DNA of 24,043 bases from a bacterium (GTDB lineage Bacteria > Desulfobacterota > DSWW01): the NCBI GenBank assembly GCA_040756235.1, contig JBFLZG010000040.1:1-24043 (forward strand). Direction: 5' to 3'. Under the pieces are notes generated by a model that was not told where the DNA came from, made no database searches, and saw only the letters and a program-made list of their open reading frames with translations. A program made the translations under genes and the position numbers. Numbering within the stretch: position 1 is the first letter of the stretch; every line of letters begins with the position of its first letter. Shown here in pieces: positions 1 through 8,411 of this stretch.

Positions 1-123
1 AGCCTGTTCAAAAATGCCCAGATGCCAGGCGCGCGAAATCCCGAGGAATGAGGCGTACATTTCAGTACGCCGCAATGACGAGGGACGAGCGCAACGCCGC
101 AGATGGGCGTTTTGGGACAGGCT
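1..123. repeat. MITE-like palindromic repeat, copy 1 (left end may extend beyond the window)
   Basis: Terminal inverted repeats 1-20 AGCCTGTTCAAAAATGCCCA and 104-123 match at 17/20; internal hairpin GGCGTAC/GTACGCC (52-58/65-71); followed by CTAG; closely similar to copy 2. Confidence 0.8.
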
Positions 124-157
124 CTAGGATAGAAGCCTGTCCAAGTATTCGAATCCT

Positions 158-324
158 GGAGGCTGTTCAGAAATGTCCAGATGCAAGGCGCACGAAATCC
201 TGAGGAATGAGGCGTACATGGCAGTACGCCGCAATGACCCCGGACTTCGCCGGGGCAGGCTCCCCCGCCTCCATGCCGCGCCATGAGTGCAACGCAGCAG
301 ATGGGCATTTATTGGACAGCCTCC
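158..324. repeat. MITE-like palindromic repeat, copy 2, with a nested GC hairpin insertion
   Basis: Ends GGAGGCTGT...ACAGCCTCC; shares CCAGATGC, GAAATCC.GAGGAATGAGGCGTACAT, GTACGCCGCAATGAC and GCAACGC.GCAGATGGGC with copy 1; extra internal segment containing CCCCGG-ACTTCG-CCGGGG (238-255); CTAG at 324-327. Confidence 0.8.
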
Positions 325-378
325 TAGAAGCGGGGCCGGGGCGTCGAAGGCCTGGGCCGGACCCCACTGAGAGATCCC

Positions 379-1530
379 TTGGAATTCTCCCTCACCGACA
401 AACAACAGGCCGTGCGCAGGGCGGTGCGCGAGTTCGCGGGAGCCCGTCTGGCCCCGATTGCTCATGAGCTGGACCAGCAGGCCCGGTTTCCTTGGGAGCT
501 CATGGATACCATGAAGGCCATGGGCTTCTTCGGCCTCCAGGCTTCCCCGGCCTTCGGCGGGGCAGGGCTGGACACCGTGAGCTACTGCGTCACCATCGAG
601 GAGCTCTCCAGGGCTTGCGCGGCCGTCGGCCTCACCGTGAGCGTACACAACAGCGTGGCCCTGTATCCGATCGAGGCGTTCGGCAACGAGGAACAGAAGG
701 GCCGGATCCTGCCGGCCATGACTTCCGGAGAGCGCATCGGCGCCTTCTGCCTGACCGAGGCGAACGCAGGCTCGGACGTCGCCTCGATCGAGGCCACTGC
801 AGTTCCCGAGGGCGACGACTACGTGCTGAACGCGAACAAAATCTTCGTCACCAACGGAGCTCTGGCCGGCGTGGCCGTCGTGCTCGCACGCTCGGAAGCC
901 CGCGAGGTCAAGAAGGGCATGAGCCTGTTCATCGTCGAGCGGGGGCTGCGCGGGTTCTCGGTCGGGTCCCTGGAGGACCTCTGCGGCATGCGGGCCAACC
1001 CGGTCTGCTCGCTCCTCATGACCGATTGCAGAGTGCCCCGTCAGAACCTGCTGGGCGTGCCGGGCGAAGGCGTGCGGATGGCCCTGGAGACGCTCGACGT
1101 GGGGAGGATCGGCATCGCGGCCCAGGCCGTGGGCATTGCCCAGGCAAGCCTGGATGTCTCCCTGGAGTACGCCCTGCAGCGCCGCCAGTTCCGGGCCCCG
1201 CTCGCCCAGTTCCAGACGATCCAGAACTTCCTGGCGGACACGGCCACGGAGCTGGAGGCCGCACGCCTGCTGGTCCGTCAGTCGGCCTGTCTGCGAGACG
1301 CGAAGCGGCCGTTCTCCGCTGCATCGGCCATGGCCAAGCTCTACGCCAGCGAGCTGGCGAGCCGCGCCGCGTCCCGGGGCGTGCAGATCCATGGCGGGTA
1401 CGGCTACTCCAGGAGCTATCCGATCGAGCGGTACTACCGGGACGCCCGGGTGACCGAGATCTACGAGGGCACTTCCGAGATGCAGCGCATGGTGATTGCC
1501 AGGCATCTCAAGGAAAGATCGAAGGGATGA
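379..1530 (+). CDS. acyl-CoA dehydrogenase (butyryl-CoA/short-chain type)
   Basis: 383 aa with AFCLTEANAGSD, LNANKIFVTNG, QIHGGYGY and YRDARVTEIYEGTSE motifs; TTG start. Confidence 0.95.
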   Translation: MEFSLTDKQQAVRRAVREFAGARLAPIAHELDQQARFPWELMDTMKAMGFFGLQASPAFGGAGLDTVSYCVTIEELSRACAAVGLTVSVHNSVALYPIEAFGNEEQKGRILPAMTSGERIGAFCLTEANAGSDVASIEATAVPEGDDYVLNANKIFVTNGALAGVAVVLARSEAREVKKGMSLFIVERGLRGFSVGSLEDLCGMRANPVCSLLMTDCRVPRQNLLGVPGEGVRMALETLDVGRIGIAAQAVGIAQASLDVSLEYALQRRQFRAPLAQFQTIQNFLADTATELEAARLLVRQSACLRDAKRPFSAASAMAKLYASELASRAASRGVQIHGGYGYSRSYPIERYYRDARVTEIYEGTSEMQRMVIARHLKERSKG

Positions 1531-2324
1531 AGCCGGTCTGGGTGGTTTGCGTCAAGCAGGTGCCGCGGGAGCCGGTGTTCCGGAGAGAGGGGGAGTTTTT
1601 TCAAATCGACCGCGAAAGGACCGAAGGGATCCTGAACCCCCATGATCGGATTGCCCTGGACCTTGCAGCCGAGATCCGCGCGCGCAAGGGGGGGCGGATC
1701 GTGGCCCTCTCCATGGGGCCGCCCAGAACCGAGTCGGCCCTGCGCGAGGCGCTTGCGGCCGGGGCGGACGAAGCGATCCTTCTTTCCGATCCGGCTTTTG
1801 CCGGCGCGGACACCCTGGCCACCGCCTATACGCTGGCGGCCGGGATCCGCAAGATCGGCGACTTCTCCCTGGTCCTGTGCGGTGCTCGCACGACCGACAG
1901 CGACACCTCCCAGGTCGGACCCCAGCTGGCGGAATTCCTGGACCTGCCGATGGCGTCGCAGGTGGAGAAGCTCGAGGTCCGCAAGAGCGAAGTCCGCCTG
2001 GAGAGGGTGCTGGACGGCGTTCGCGAGCGCCTGGCGATGCGGGTCCCCGCGCTCGTCACGGTCCTGAGACGAAAGCAGGAGCCGATCCCGCTTTCACTGC
2101 GGGCGCTGGAGCAGTCCTTTGCGGACCGGCCGGTGTCGCGATGGGGGCTGGGGGATCTCGATATCGATCCGGCCCGAGCGGGCTGGGAGGGCTCCGGGAC
2201 CAGGGCTCGGGACTACGCCTATTGGAACCGGTCGCGATCCTGCGACCGGTTCGACGGAAAGACGGGTGAAGCCGTCGAGCGGATCCTTGCGGTCCTGGCG
2301 GAGCGAAACCTTCTGGGCAGGTGA
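1527..2324 (+). CDS. etfB: electron transfer flavoprotein beta subunit
   Basis: VCVKQVP, NPHD, SMGPP, FAGADTLAT and LCGARTTDSDTSQVGP motifs; ATG at 1527 overlaps the ACAD stop (ATGA). It is the C-terminal part of track ORF 492..2324. Confidence 0.93.
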   Translation: MKPVWVVCVKQVPREPVFRREGEFFQIDRERTEGILNPHDRIALDLAAEIRARKGGRIVALSMGPPRTESALREALAAGADEAILLSDPAFAGADTLATAYTLAAGIRKIGDFSLVLCGARTTDSDTSQVGPQLAEFLDLPMASQVEKLEVRKSEVRLERVLDGVRERLAMRVPALVTVLRRKQEPIPLSLRALEQSFADRPVSRWGLGDLDIDPARAGWEGSGTRARDYAYWNRSRSCDRFDGKTGEAVERILAVLAERNLLGR

Positions 2325-2350
2325 GGCCGCGGACGAGAACGAGGAGCAGC

Positions 2351-4006
2351 ATGTCAGAGGCCTCCCGGCCCGAAGCGAATCCTCCGCGAGGAGAGGGTCC
2401 CGGGCGTGCGGTCTGGGTCTTCGGGGACACGCGCAGCCTTTCCCAGACCAGGGCCACCCGCGCCCTCCTCGGCCGGGCCCGGTATCTCGCCGACCGGCTG
2501 GAAGGGGCACTCTGGCTCATCCTCGTGGGCGAAGAGCTCGAGCCCAGGCTCGAGCTCTTCCGGTCCTCGGGCGTCGACCGCGCCCTGCTGATGGAGCACC
2601 CGCGGCTTTCCGCCTACTCCCAGGAAACCTTTGCGGCCGCCCTCGCGCATCTCGTGCTGGAGCACCGCCCGGAGATCTTTCTGTTCCTGGCAAACGACTG
2701 CGGCCGGGAGTTGGCCCCGAGGCTGGCGGCCCGCCTGGACACTGGGCTCTGCGCCGACTGCATCGGACTCGACATCGATCCGCAGAGCGGCCTGCTCGTG
2801 CAGACCGTCCCTGCCTTCGGTGACCAGATCTACGCCAACATCGTGACTCCGGTGAAGAGGCCGCAGATGGCCACCGTCCGTTTCGGCGCGGGTACGCTCC
2901 TGGCGACGCCGGCGCAAGGCGCGGCCGCCGGGAACGAGAACGAGAGATGCCGTCCGGAGATCCTGCGGGCTCCCTTCCCCGCGGGCATCCGGCCCGAGCG
3001 CGTGCGCAGACTCGGCGCGGAGAAAGATGCGGGCTCCGGGGAGGCCCTGGAGAAGGCCAGGGTGGTGGTATGCGGCGGCCGCGGCGTGGGCTCCGGCGCC
3101 CGTTTCCGTTCCCTCCGGGACCTGGCCGATCTGCTCGGTGCGGAAGTTGCGGGCACGCGGCCGGCCGTGCACGCCCACTGGATCGACGAGGATCGGATGA
3201 TCGGGCAGACCGGCCGCTCCGTCGCCCCCGAGGTGCTGCTCCTGTTCGGCATCTCAGGCGCCGTCCAGTTCACGGCCGCGATCGAACAGGCCCGCTACGT
3301 GATCGCGGTGAACCGCGACCCTGAGGCGGCCGTTTTCAAGGCAGCCGATCTGGGGATCGTGGGAGATGCGCGGCAGATCGTGCCCGAGCTCATCCGCAGG
3401 TCCCAGCGCCTGCTGGTCGAGCAATACGGCCGTTCCCCCGAGGAGGTGAACCCGCGCGCGCGGGCCTCCTCACGGGTGAGCTTGGGCGCGATGCTCCAGG
3501 ACCTCAGGGAGGAGCGGGAGTACGGCCTGGAGGAGGCGAGCGAAGCCCTGGAGATGAGCCCGCAGGAGCTGGAGAAGATCGAGAGGGGCGAGCTGCCGCC
3601 CTCGGTTTCCTTTCTCCTCCGGGCGGCCCGCTTGTTCCGCGTCGACCCGGCCCGGTTTCTCTCCCGCGCCGACGAAATCCGGGCGGACAGGCGGCGCGCC
3701 GAGAGCTTCATGAAGAGGGCCCAGAACTACTCCTATCGGACCCTCACGCCCGGCGCCGAGGAGAAACATCTGCGTGCCTTCCTGATCACGATCGATCCGC
3801 GGCAGGATCACAAGATGATAGAATACCGCCATGAGGGCGAGGAATTCGTCTACGTCATGCGAGGAGAAGTGGAGATCAAGGTGGGAGAGGAGCTGCACGG
3901 CCTGAGGAAAGGGGAGAGCCTCCATTTCGATGCCTCCATCCCCCATCACCTTCGCAACCAGTCCCAGCAGAAGACCGAGCTGATCGTCGTCCTTTACACA
4001 CCTTGA
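2351..4006 (+). CDS. etfA: electron transfer flavoprotein alpha subunit fused to a C-terminal XRE-family HTH + cupin regulator module
   Basis: GAGGAG RBS before ATG 2351; EtfA motifs GLCADC, RPQMATVR, CGGRG, IGQTG, GISGAVQ, IAVNRDPEA, ADLGIVGD; no stop before the HTH (LGAMLQDLREERE...LEKIERGELPPSVSFL) and cupin (HEGEEFVYVMRGEV...GESLHFDASIPH). Confidence 0.9.
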   Translation: MSEASRPEANPPRGEGPGRAVWVFGDTRSLSQTRATRALLGRARYLADRLEGALWLILVGEELEPRLELFRSSGVDRALLMEHPRLSAYSQETFAAALAHLVLEHRPEIFLFLANDCGRELAPRLAARLDTGLCADCIGLDIDPQSGLLVQTVPAFGDQIYANIVTPVKRPQMATVRFGAGTLLATPAQGAAAGNENERCRPEILRAPFPAGIRPERVRRLGAEKDAGSGEALEKARVVVCGGRGVGSGARFRSLRDLADLLGAEVAGTRPAVHAHWIDEDRMIGQTGRSVAPEVLLLFGISGAVQFTAAIEQARYVIAVNRDPEAAVFKAADLGIVGDARQIVPELIRRSQRLLVEQYGRSPEEVNPRARASSRVSLGAMLQDLREEREYGLEEASEALEMSPQELEKIERGELPPSVSFLLRAARLFRVDPARFLSRADEIRADRRRAESFMKRAQNYSYRTLTPGAEEKHLRAFLITIDPRQDHKMIEYRHEGEEFVYVMRGEVEIKVGEELHGLRKGESLHFDASIPHHLRNQSQQKTELIVVLYTP

Positions 4007-4115
4007 GGCCTCCGGTCCTGCCGGGCACACGCGCGCCGCTCGCCCCGGCGAGAGCCGGTCGACTCGCGGCGGCCGGGGCCCGGCATCCGGTGCGGCTGCA
4101 AGGGAGGTTTTTCTC

Positions 4116-4940
4116 GTGAAGGTGTTTGCCATCGGCGACCTCCATCTGAGCCACACGGGCGCGAAGCCCATGGACGTCTTCGGCGCCCACTGGAGAGGGC
4201 ACCCGCAGCGCATCGCCGAGAACTGGGCCGGGAGCGTGAGCGGCGAGGATCTGGTGCTGGTGCCGGGGGATCTGTCCTGGGCCATGAGGCTCCAGGAGGC
4301 GGACGAAGATCTCAGCTGGCTGGACAGGCTGCCGGGAAGGAAAGTGATCGTCAAAGGAAACCACGATTACTGGTGGCCGAGCATCAGCCGGCTGCGGCAG
4401 CGCCTGCAGGGGACGTCGATCGTCGCTCTCCAGTACGATTCGGTGACGATGGGGGAGGTGGCGGTGGGCGGCACGCGGCTGTGGAACGTGCCGGACATGG
4501 CGGAAGGGTTGCCGCCGGATCCGCTCGAGCAGGTGCCGGCCCCTGAGGGCACCACGGAAGCTTGCCGCGACGGCAGCAGCAGCGGCGAGCCGGTGCCCGG
4601 CTCCAAGGCCCAGGACGAAAAGATCTTCCGGAGGGAAATGCAGAGGCTGGAGATGTCACTGAGCTCCATGGACCCGCAGGCAAGGGTCCGGATCGCCATG
4701 ACCCACTATCCGCCCACCAACCAGTGGGGAGTCGAGACCGTGGTGACGCGCCTCCTGGCGAAGCACGGTGCCGACGTTTGCGTCTTCGGCCACCTCCACA
4801 ATCTGCAGCTGCCGGGGGGAAAGACCTGGGACTTCAGGAGGAACGGAGTGCGCTACGTCCTGACTTCCTGCGATGCCGTCCGGTTCGCCCCCTATCTCAT
4901 CCTGGAGACGCCGGGGCCTACTCGCCCTCCATCCACTTGA
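4116..4940 (+). CDS. metallophosphoesterase (calcineurin-like superfamily)
   Basis: DLH, GDLS, GNHD, THYPP and GHLH motifs; GGAGG RBS before GTG. Confidence 0.9.
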   Translation: MKVFAIGDLHLSHTGAKPMDVFGAHWRGHPQRIAENWAGSVSGEDLVLVPGDLSWAMRLQEADEDLSWLDRLPGRKVIVKGNHDYWWPSISRLRQRLQGTSIVALQYDSVTMGEVAVGGTRLWNVPDMAEGLPPDPLEQVPAPEGTTEACRDGSSSGEPVPGSKAQDEKIFRREMQRLEMSLSSMDPQARVRIAMTHYPPTNQWGVETVVTRLLAKHGADVCVFGHLHNLQLPGGKTWDFRRNGVRYVLTSCDAVRFAPYLILETPGPTRPPST

Positions 4941-6348
4941 TCTCCTCCTGAGCCTGCTTGGCCTCGGGGCTGCTGGAGTCGAGCTGGCGGACCGCCTTCT
5001 TGAAGTAGTGCAGGGCCCTCAGGTACTCGCCGGCGTTCTTGTAGGCCAGGCCCAGGTGGAAGTAGGACTTCCCGGTCTGGCCGAGCCTGCCGCACGCCAT
5101 GGCCAGGCTGGACTGAGCGAAGGATGACCTGGGGTCGAGCGTGGCCGCCCTCTGGAAGTGGAAGAGCGCCTGCTGCTTCTCTCGATCCCCGCCCTGCATC
5201 AGAAGGTCCCCCAGACAGACCTCCGCGATCACATTGCTCGGATCCAGCTCGCAGGCCGTGGAGACCATCTCCCGGGCTTCCTTCATCCTGCCGGCCAGGT
5301 GATGAGCCTGGCCCAGGTACAGCGCGTGGTCCGGATCCCGGCTGTCGAGCTGGTAAGCTTTTTCCAGATAGTGCGTGGCCAGAGGCAGGTTGCCCAGCTT
5401 GAGGTACAGATATCCGAGCAGAAACTGCGCTCGTGCGTCTGCCGGCGCTTTCATGGCCTCCGCTTCCTGCTCGGAAATGACCGTCTGCTCGTCCTGCGTT
5501 CTCAGCTTTGCCGTGACTCGCGCCTTGTCGAAGCCTCGGATGGGGTCGAGTCTGACCGCGCCCGAGGAAGGTGTGGCGTTGATCCAGGAGTTGACTTCAT
5601 AGATCCGCTCGGATGGGAGCGGATGGGTGTAGAAGTAAGGAGGCAGGTCTGCCGCGTTCAGGCGGGCCTCATCCTGGAACGTATGAAAGAGCGACGAGAT
5701 CCCCTGCGGGTCGAACCCGGAAAGCCTCATCAGGGGGATTGCGCCCCTGTCCGCTTCGCGCTCGAACTCCCTGCTGTAATGAAGAGAAGTGGTCATCTGG
5801 ACCGCCTGCGCGAGCGTGCCCGCCGCAACCGCCTGCTCCCCGCCGCCCAAGGCCGCCGCCAGGATCGTGGCCGCGACCGTGGCGATGTTGGTCACGTCCA
5901 GCTTCTTCTGGCCCCGGATGAAGTGGTTGCCCTCGACATGATTCAATTCGTGGGCCAGGACGCCTGCCAGCTCGTCCTCGGTCCGAACCGTGGACAGGAG
6001 CCCGGCAAAGACGTAGATGTAGCCGCCCGGCACAGCAAAGGCGTTCATCGTCGGTTCACGGATAACGAAGAACTTGTGGCTGTACGGAGAGCCCGTGATG
6101 TGGGACGAGAGTCGCTCGCCGACCCGTCGGGTGAAATCGAGGATCTCCGGCTCGTCCATCAAGCGGAGCTGGCCCGAGGCCTCCAGGGCGAATTCGCGTC
6201 CGATGCTCTCTTCATAGTTGATGCGCGTCCCCGGGCTGCGGGAACGGTACGCGCAGCCGACGCTCGAGGCCAGAGCGAGCACGATGAGCAGAAGCTTGGG
6301 GCAGAGTCCGCTTCTCGAGCGGCGGGCGATGGAAGGCGGCACGGGCAT
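4918..6348 (-). CDS. M48 family metalloprotease with TPR repeats (BepA/YfgC-like), probable lipoprotein
   Basis: NAFAVPGG, LAHELNH (HExxH), YSREFEREAD and THP motifs; C-terminal TPR-like helices; hydrophobic signal ending SVGC. Start is approximate; the upstream part of track ORF 4918..8001 is antisense to the antiporter. Confidence 0.88.
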   Translation of the reverse strand: MPVPPSIARRSRSGLCPKLLLIVLALASSVGCAYRSRSPGTRINYEESIGREFALEASGQLRLMDEPEILDFTRRVGERLSSHITGSPYSHKFFVIREPTMNAFAVPGGYIYVFAGLLSTVRTEDELAGVLAHELNHVEGNHFIRGQKKLDVTNIATVAATILAAALGGGEQAVAAGTLAQAVQMTTSLHYSREFEREADRGAIPLMRLSGFDPQGISSLFHTFQDEARLNAADLPPYFYTHPLPSERIYEVNSWINATPSSGAVRLDPIRGFDKARVTAKLRTQDEQTVISEQEAEAMKAPADARAQFLLGYLYLKLGNLPLATHYLEKAYQLDSRDPDHALYLGQAHHLAGRMKEAREMVSTACELDPSNVIAEVCLGDLLMQGGDREKQQALFHFQRAATLDPRSSFAQSSLAMACGRLGQTGKSYFHLGLAYKNAGEYLRALHYFKKAVRQLDSSSPEAKQAQEEIKWMEGE

Positions 6349-6675
6349 GATCGGACCATGAATCCGGTGAGTGGTTTGAGAGAGCACGCCAGTGCAGCGT
6401 AACACGGTGACAGGAGAGGGATCAACGCCAGGCCGGCGCGCTGGAGCCGGGTCCGGCGTCCCACCGGCTCGTTGCGTCTCATCGCCGAAAGCCCGGCTGA
6501 TAAAGCCCGACAGAAGTGTTTTTCTTGGATTGGACCTCCCCAGGTGCCAAATAGATCCCTGGCTTCCTGCCGGACGGCGCGGGTCGGGCTCGAAGCCCCG
6601 AGGCTTGCCAATGCGGGGCGTTTGAGATAAGAGATAGAACCTTTGGAATCGCTGCCGGGAAGGAGGGAGACGGCC

Positions 6676-8217
6676 TTGAGAATAGCGCTCTTTGCCTTGG
6701 TCCTCCTGGGTGCTCTCGGCCTTACCCTTCAGATGGGGATCGAGCAGGCGGGGGCTGCGATCGAAGAAGGAGCCGCCGCGGTGCCGGCCGCACCGGAGGA
6801 GCCGGCGGCCGAAGGACAGAACCAGCCGGCCCACGGCCAAAGGGACCTTCAGCAGGAGCTGGGGAGAATCCTTTCCCCCTGGACGGTGATTCCCTTTGTC
6901 ATCCTTCTCCTTTCCATTGCGCTGGTGCCTCTGATTCATGGGAGGTGGTGGGAGTCGAACCTGAACAAGGGCGCAGTGAGCGCCTTGTGCGGCCTCCCCA
7001 TTGCCGCTTACCTCTTCTGGATCGGCCCGTCGGGCATCGAGGTCCTCGCCGAGATCCTCAAAGATTACTATGCGTTCATCATTCTGCTGGTCGCCTTGTT
7101 CACCATCTCGGGCGGCATCTATCTGGAGGGAGATCTCAGGGCCACGCCGCTGGTGAACACCGCATTCCTCGGCCTTGGGGCCGTGCTCGCCAGCTTCATC
7201 GGCACCACCGGTGCCGCCATGCTCCTGATCCGCCCCTTGCTGAACACCAACCGGGAACGAAAGATCAAGAAGCACATTTTCGTTTTCGCCATCTTTGTGA
7301 TCGCCAATATCGGCGGCTCCTTGCTGCCCGTGGGCGACCCGCCCCTGTTCCTGGGGTACCTTTTCGGCGTGCCCTTCTTCTGGACCCTGCGCCTGTTTCC
7401 TCTCTGGGCGGCCGAGATCGGCATGCTGCTGACCCTCTTCTTTGTCTGGGACACCTGGGCTTACTCGAGAGAGAGGCCGGAAGACCTCCGCCGTGACGTG
7501 CAGGAGAGGACCCGACTCGAAATCCGCGGTGCGCTCAACATCGTGCTCATCCTGGCGGTGCTCTGCTCGGTCGTTTTCCTGAAAGACTACCGGATCGCGG
7601 GCTACGAGATTCACGTCGCCTGGATGCAACAGCCGGCGATGATCCTTCTGGCTCTCATCTCCTATGTCCTCGACCACAAAAAGAAGGAGAAGGCTCGCAG
7701 GGGAGGTGATAACGGGTTTCAGACCCCCCGGGAAAAGAACGCCTTTACCTTCTACCCCATGATCGAGGTGGCCGTTCTGTTCATCGGGATCTTCATCACC
7801 ATGACCCCGGCCATCTGCCTGCTCAAGGCCCACGGCGCGGAAACCAACGTGACCGAGCCCTGGCAGTTCTTCTGGATGTCCGGGTTTCTGAGCTCGTTCC
7901 TGGACAACGCCCCCACCTACGCCACCTACTTTGCTCTCGGCCAGGGTGTGACCCAGGGGCTGATGGCGTCGGCTTCCGATCTGCCGGTCGTGGCTTCCCA
8001 CACCGGCCCCATCGCCGAGGGGATCCTGATGGCCGTTTCGGCCGGATCGGTCTTCATGGGGGCGAATACCTACATCGGCAACGCGCCCAACTTCATGGTG
8101 CGATCGATCTGCGAAGAGGCCAAGGTGAAGATGCCGAGCTTCTTCGGCTACATGCTTTTCTCGGGCGGCATCCTGATCCCTTCCTTCCTGGTGATCACGT
8201 ACCTGTTCTTCCGATAA
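6676..8217 (+). CDS. putative sodium:proton antiporter (ion transporter superfamily)
   Basis: Many TM segments; motifs IGTTGAAMLL, NIGGSLLPVGDPPLFLG, SSFLDNAPTY, GANTYIGNAPNFMV; TTG 6676 has an AGGAGG RBS (alternative start 6643). Confidence 0.85.
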   Translation: MRIALFALVLLGALGLTLQMGIEQAGAAIEEGAAAVPAAPEEPAAEGQNQPAHGQRDLQQELGRILSPWTVIPFVILLLSIALVPLIHGRWWESNLNKGAVSALCGLPIAAYLFWIGPSGIEVLAEILKDYYAFIILLVALFTISGGIYLEGDLRATPLVNTAFLGLGAVLASFIGTTGAAMLLIRPLLNTNRERKIKKHIFVFAIFVIANIGGSLLPVGDPPLFLGYLFGVPFFWTLRLFPLWAAEIGMLLTLFFVWDTWAYSRERPEDLRRDVQERTRLEIRGALNIVLILAVLCSVVFLKDYRIAGYEIHVAWMQQPAMILLALISYVLDHKKKEKARRGGDNGFQTPREKNAFTFYPMIEVAVLFIGIFITMTPAICLLKAHGAETNVTEPWQFFWMSGFLSSFLDNAPTYATYFALGQGVTQGLMASASDLPVVASHTGPIAEGILMAVSAGSVFMGANTYIGNAPNFMVRSICEEAKVKMPSFFGYMLFSGGILIPSFLVITYLFFR

Positions 8218-8284
8218 ACCTGGTGCGCCCCTGACCCAGGCGGTCTCGTGAAAGCTGTCGCGAAGGGGCTTCGGCCAGGTCGGA

Positions 8285-8314
8285 TTGACCCGTCCCGAAC
8301 GGCCGTGGTATACA
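8285..8314 (+). promoter_or_regulatory. sigma70-type promoter for tRNA-Thr
   Basis: TTGACC (8285-8290), 18-bp spacer, extended -10 TG-G-TATACA (8306-8314), 16 nt before the tRNA. Confidence 0.55.
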
Positions 8315-8330
8315 AAAAGTTGGTTATTTT

Positions 8331-8405
8331 GCCGGCGTAGCTCAGCGGTAGAGCAGCTGATTCGTAATCAGCAGGTCGACGGTTCAATCCCGCCCGCCGG
8401 CTCCA
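8331..8405 (+). tRNA. tRNA-Thr(CGT); integration site of the downstream element
   Basis: Cloverleaf: acceptor GCCGGCG/CGCCGGC, D-stem GCTC/GAGC, anticodon arm GCTGA-TTCGTAA-TCAGC, T-loop TTCAATC, encoded CCA. Confidence 0.97.
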
Positions 8406-8411
8406 GGAAAA

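Noticed and set aside
124..1506. Long antisense ORFs (also 5158..6402, 11530..12540, 20392..21153)
   Set aside because: Open reverse frames typical of GC-rich genes; each lies opposite a well-supported CDS
492..1526. N-terminal 345 aa of track ORF 492..2324 (apparent long EtfB fusion)
   Set aside because: Arg/Gly/Pro-rich off-frame shadow of the ACAD gene; EtfB starts at the ATGA overlap at 1527
4042..4079. GCCCCGGC/GCCGGGGC stem after the etfA fusion
   Set aside because: 8-bp GC stem with a long loop and no U-tract; expected by chance at this GC content
6540..6600. Possible cation riboswitch (GGTCGGGC core reminiscent of nhaA-I) upstream of the antiporter
   Set aside because: Only a short match from memory and the following bases do not fit; needs an Infernal/Rfam search
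6349..8001. 1027-aa ORF suggesting a giant M48 protease
   Set aside because: Upstream half is the antisense shadow of the antiporter; signal peptide and M48 motifs begin near 6348
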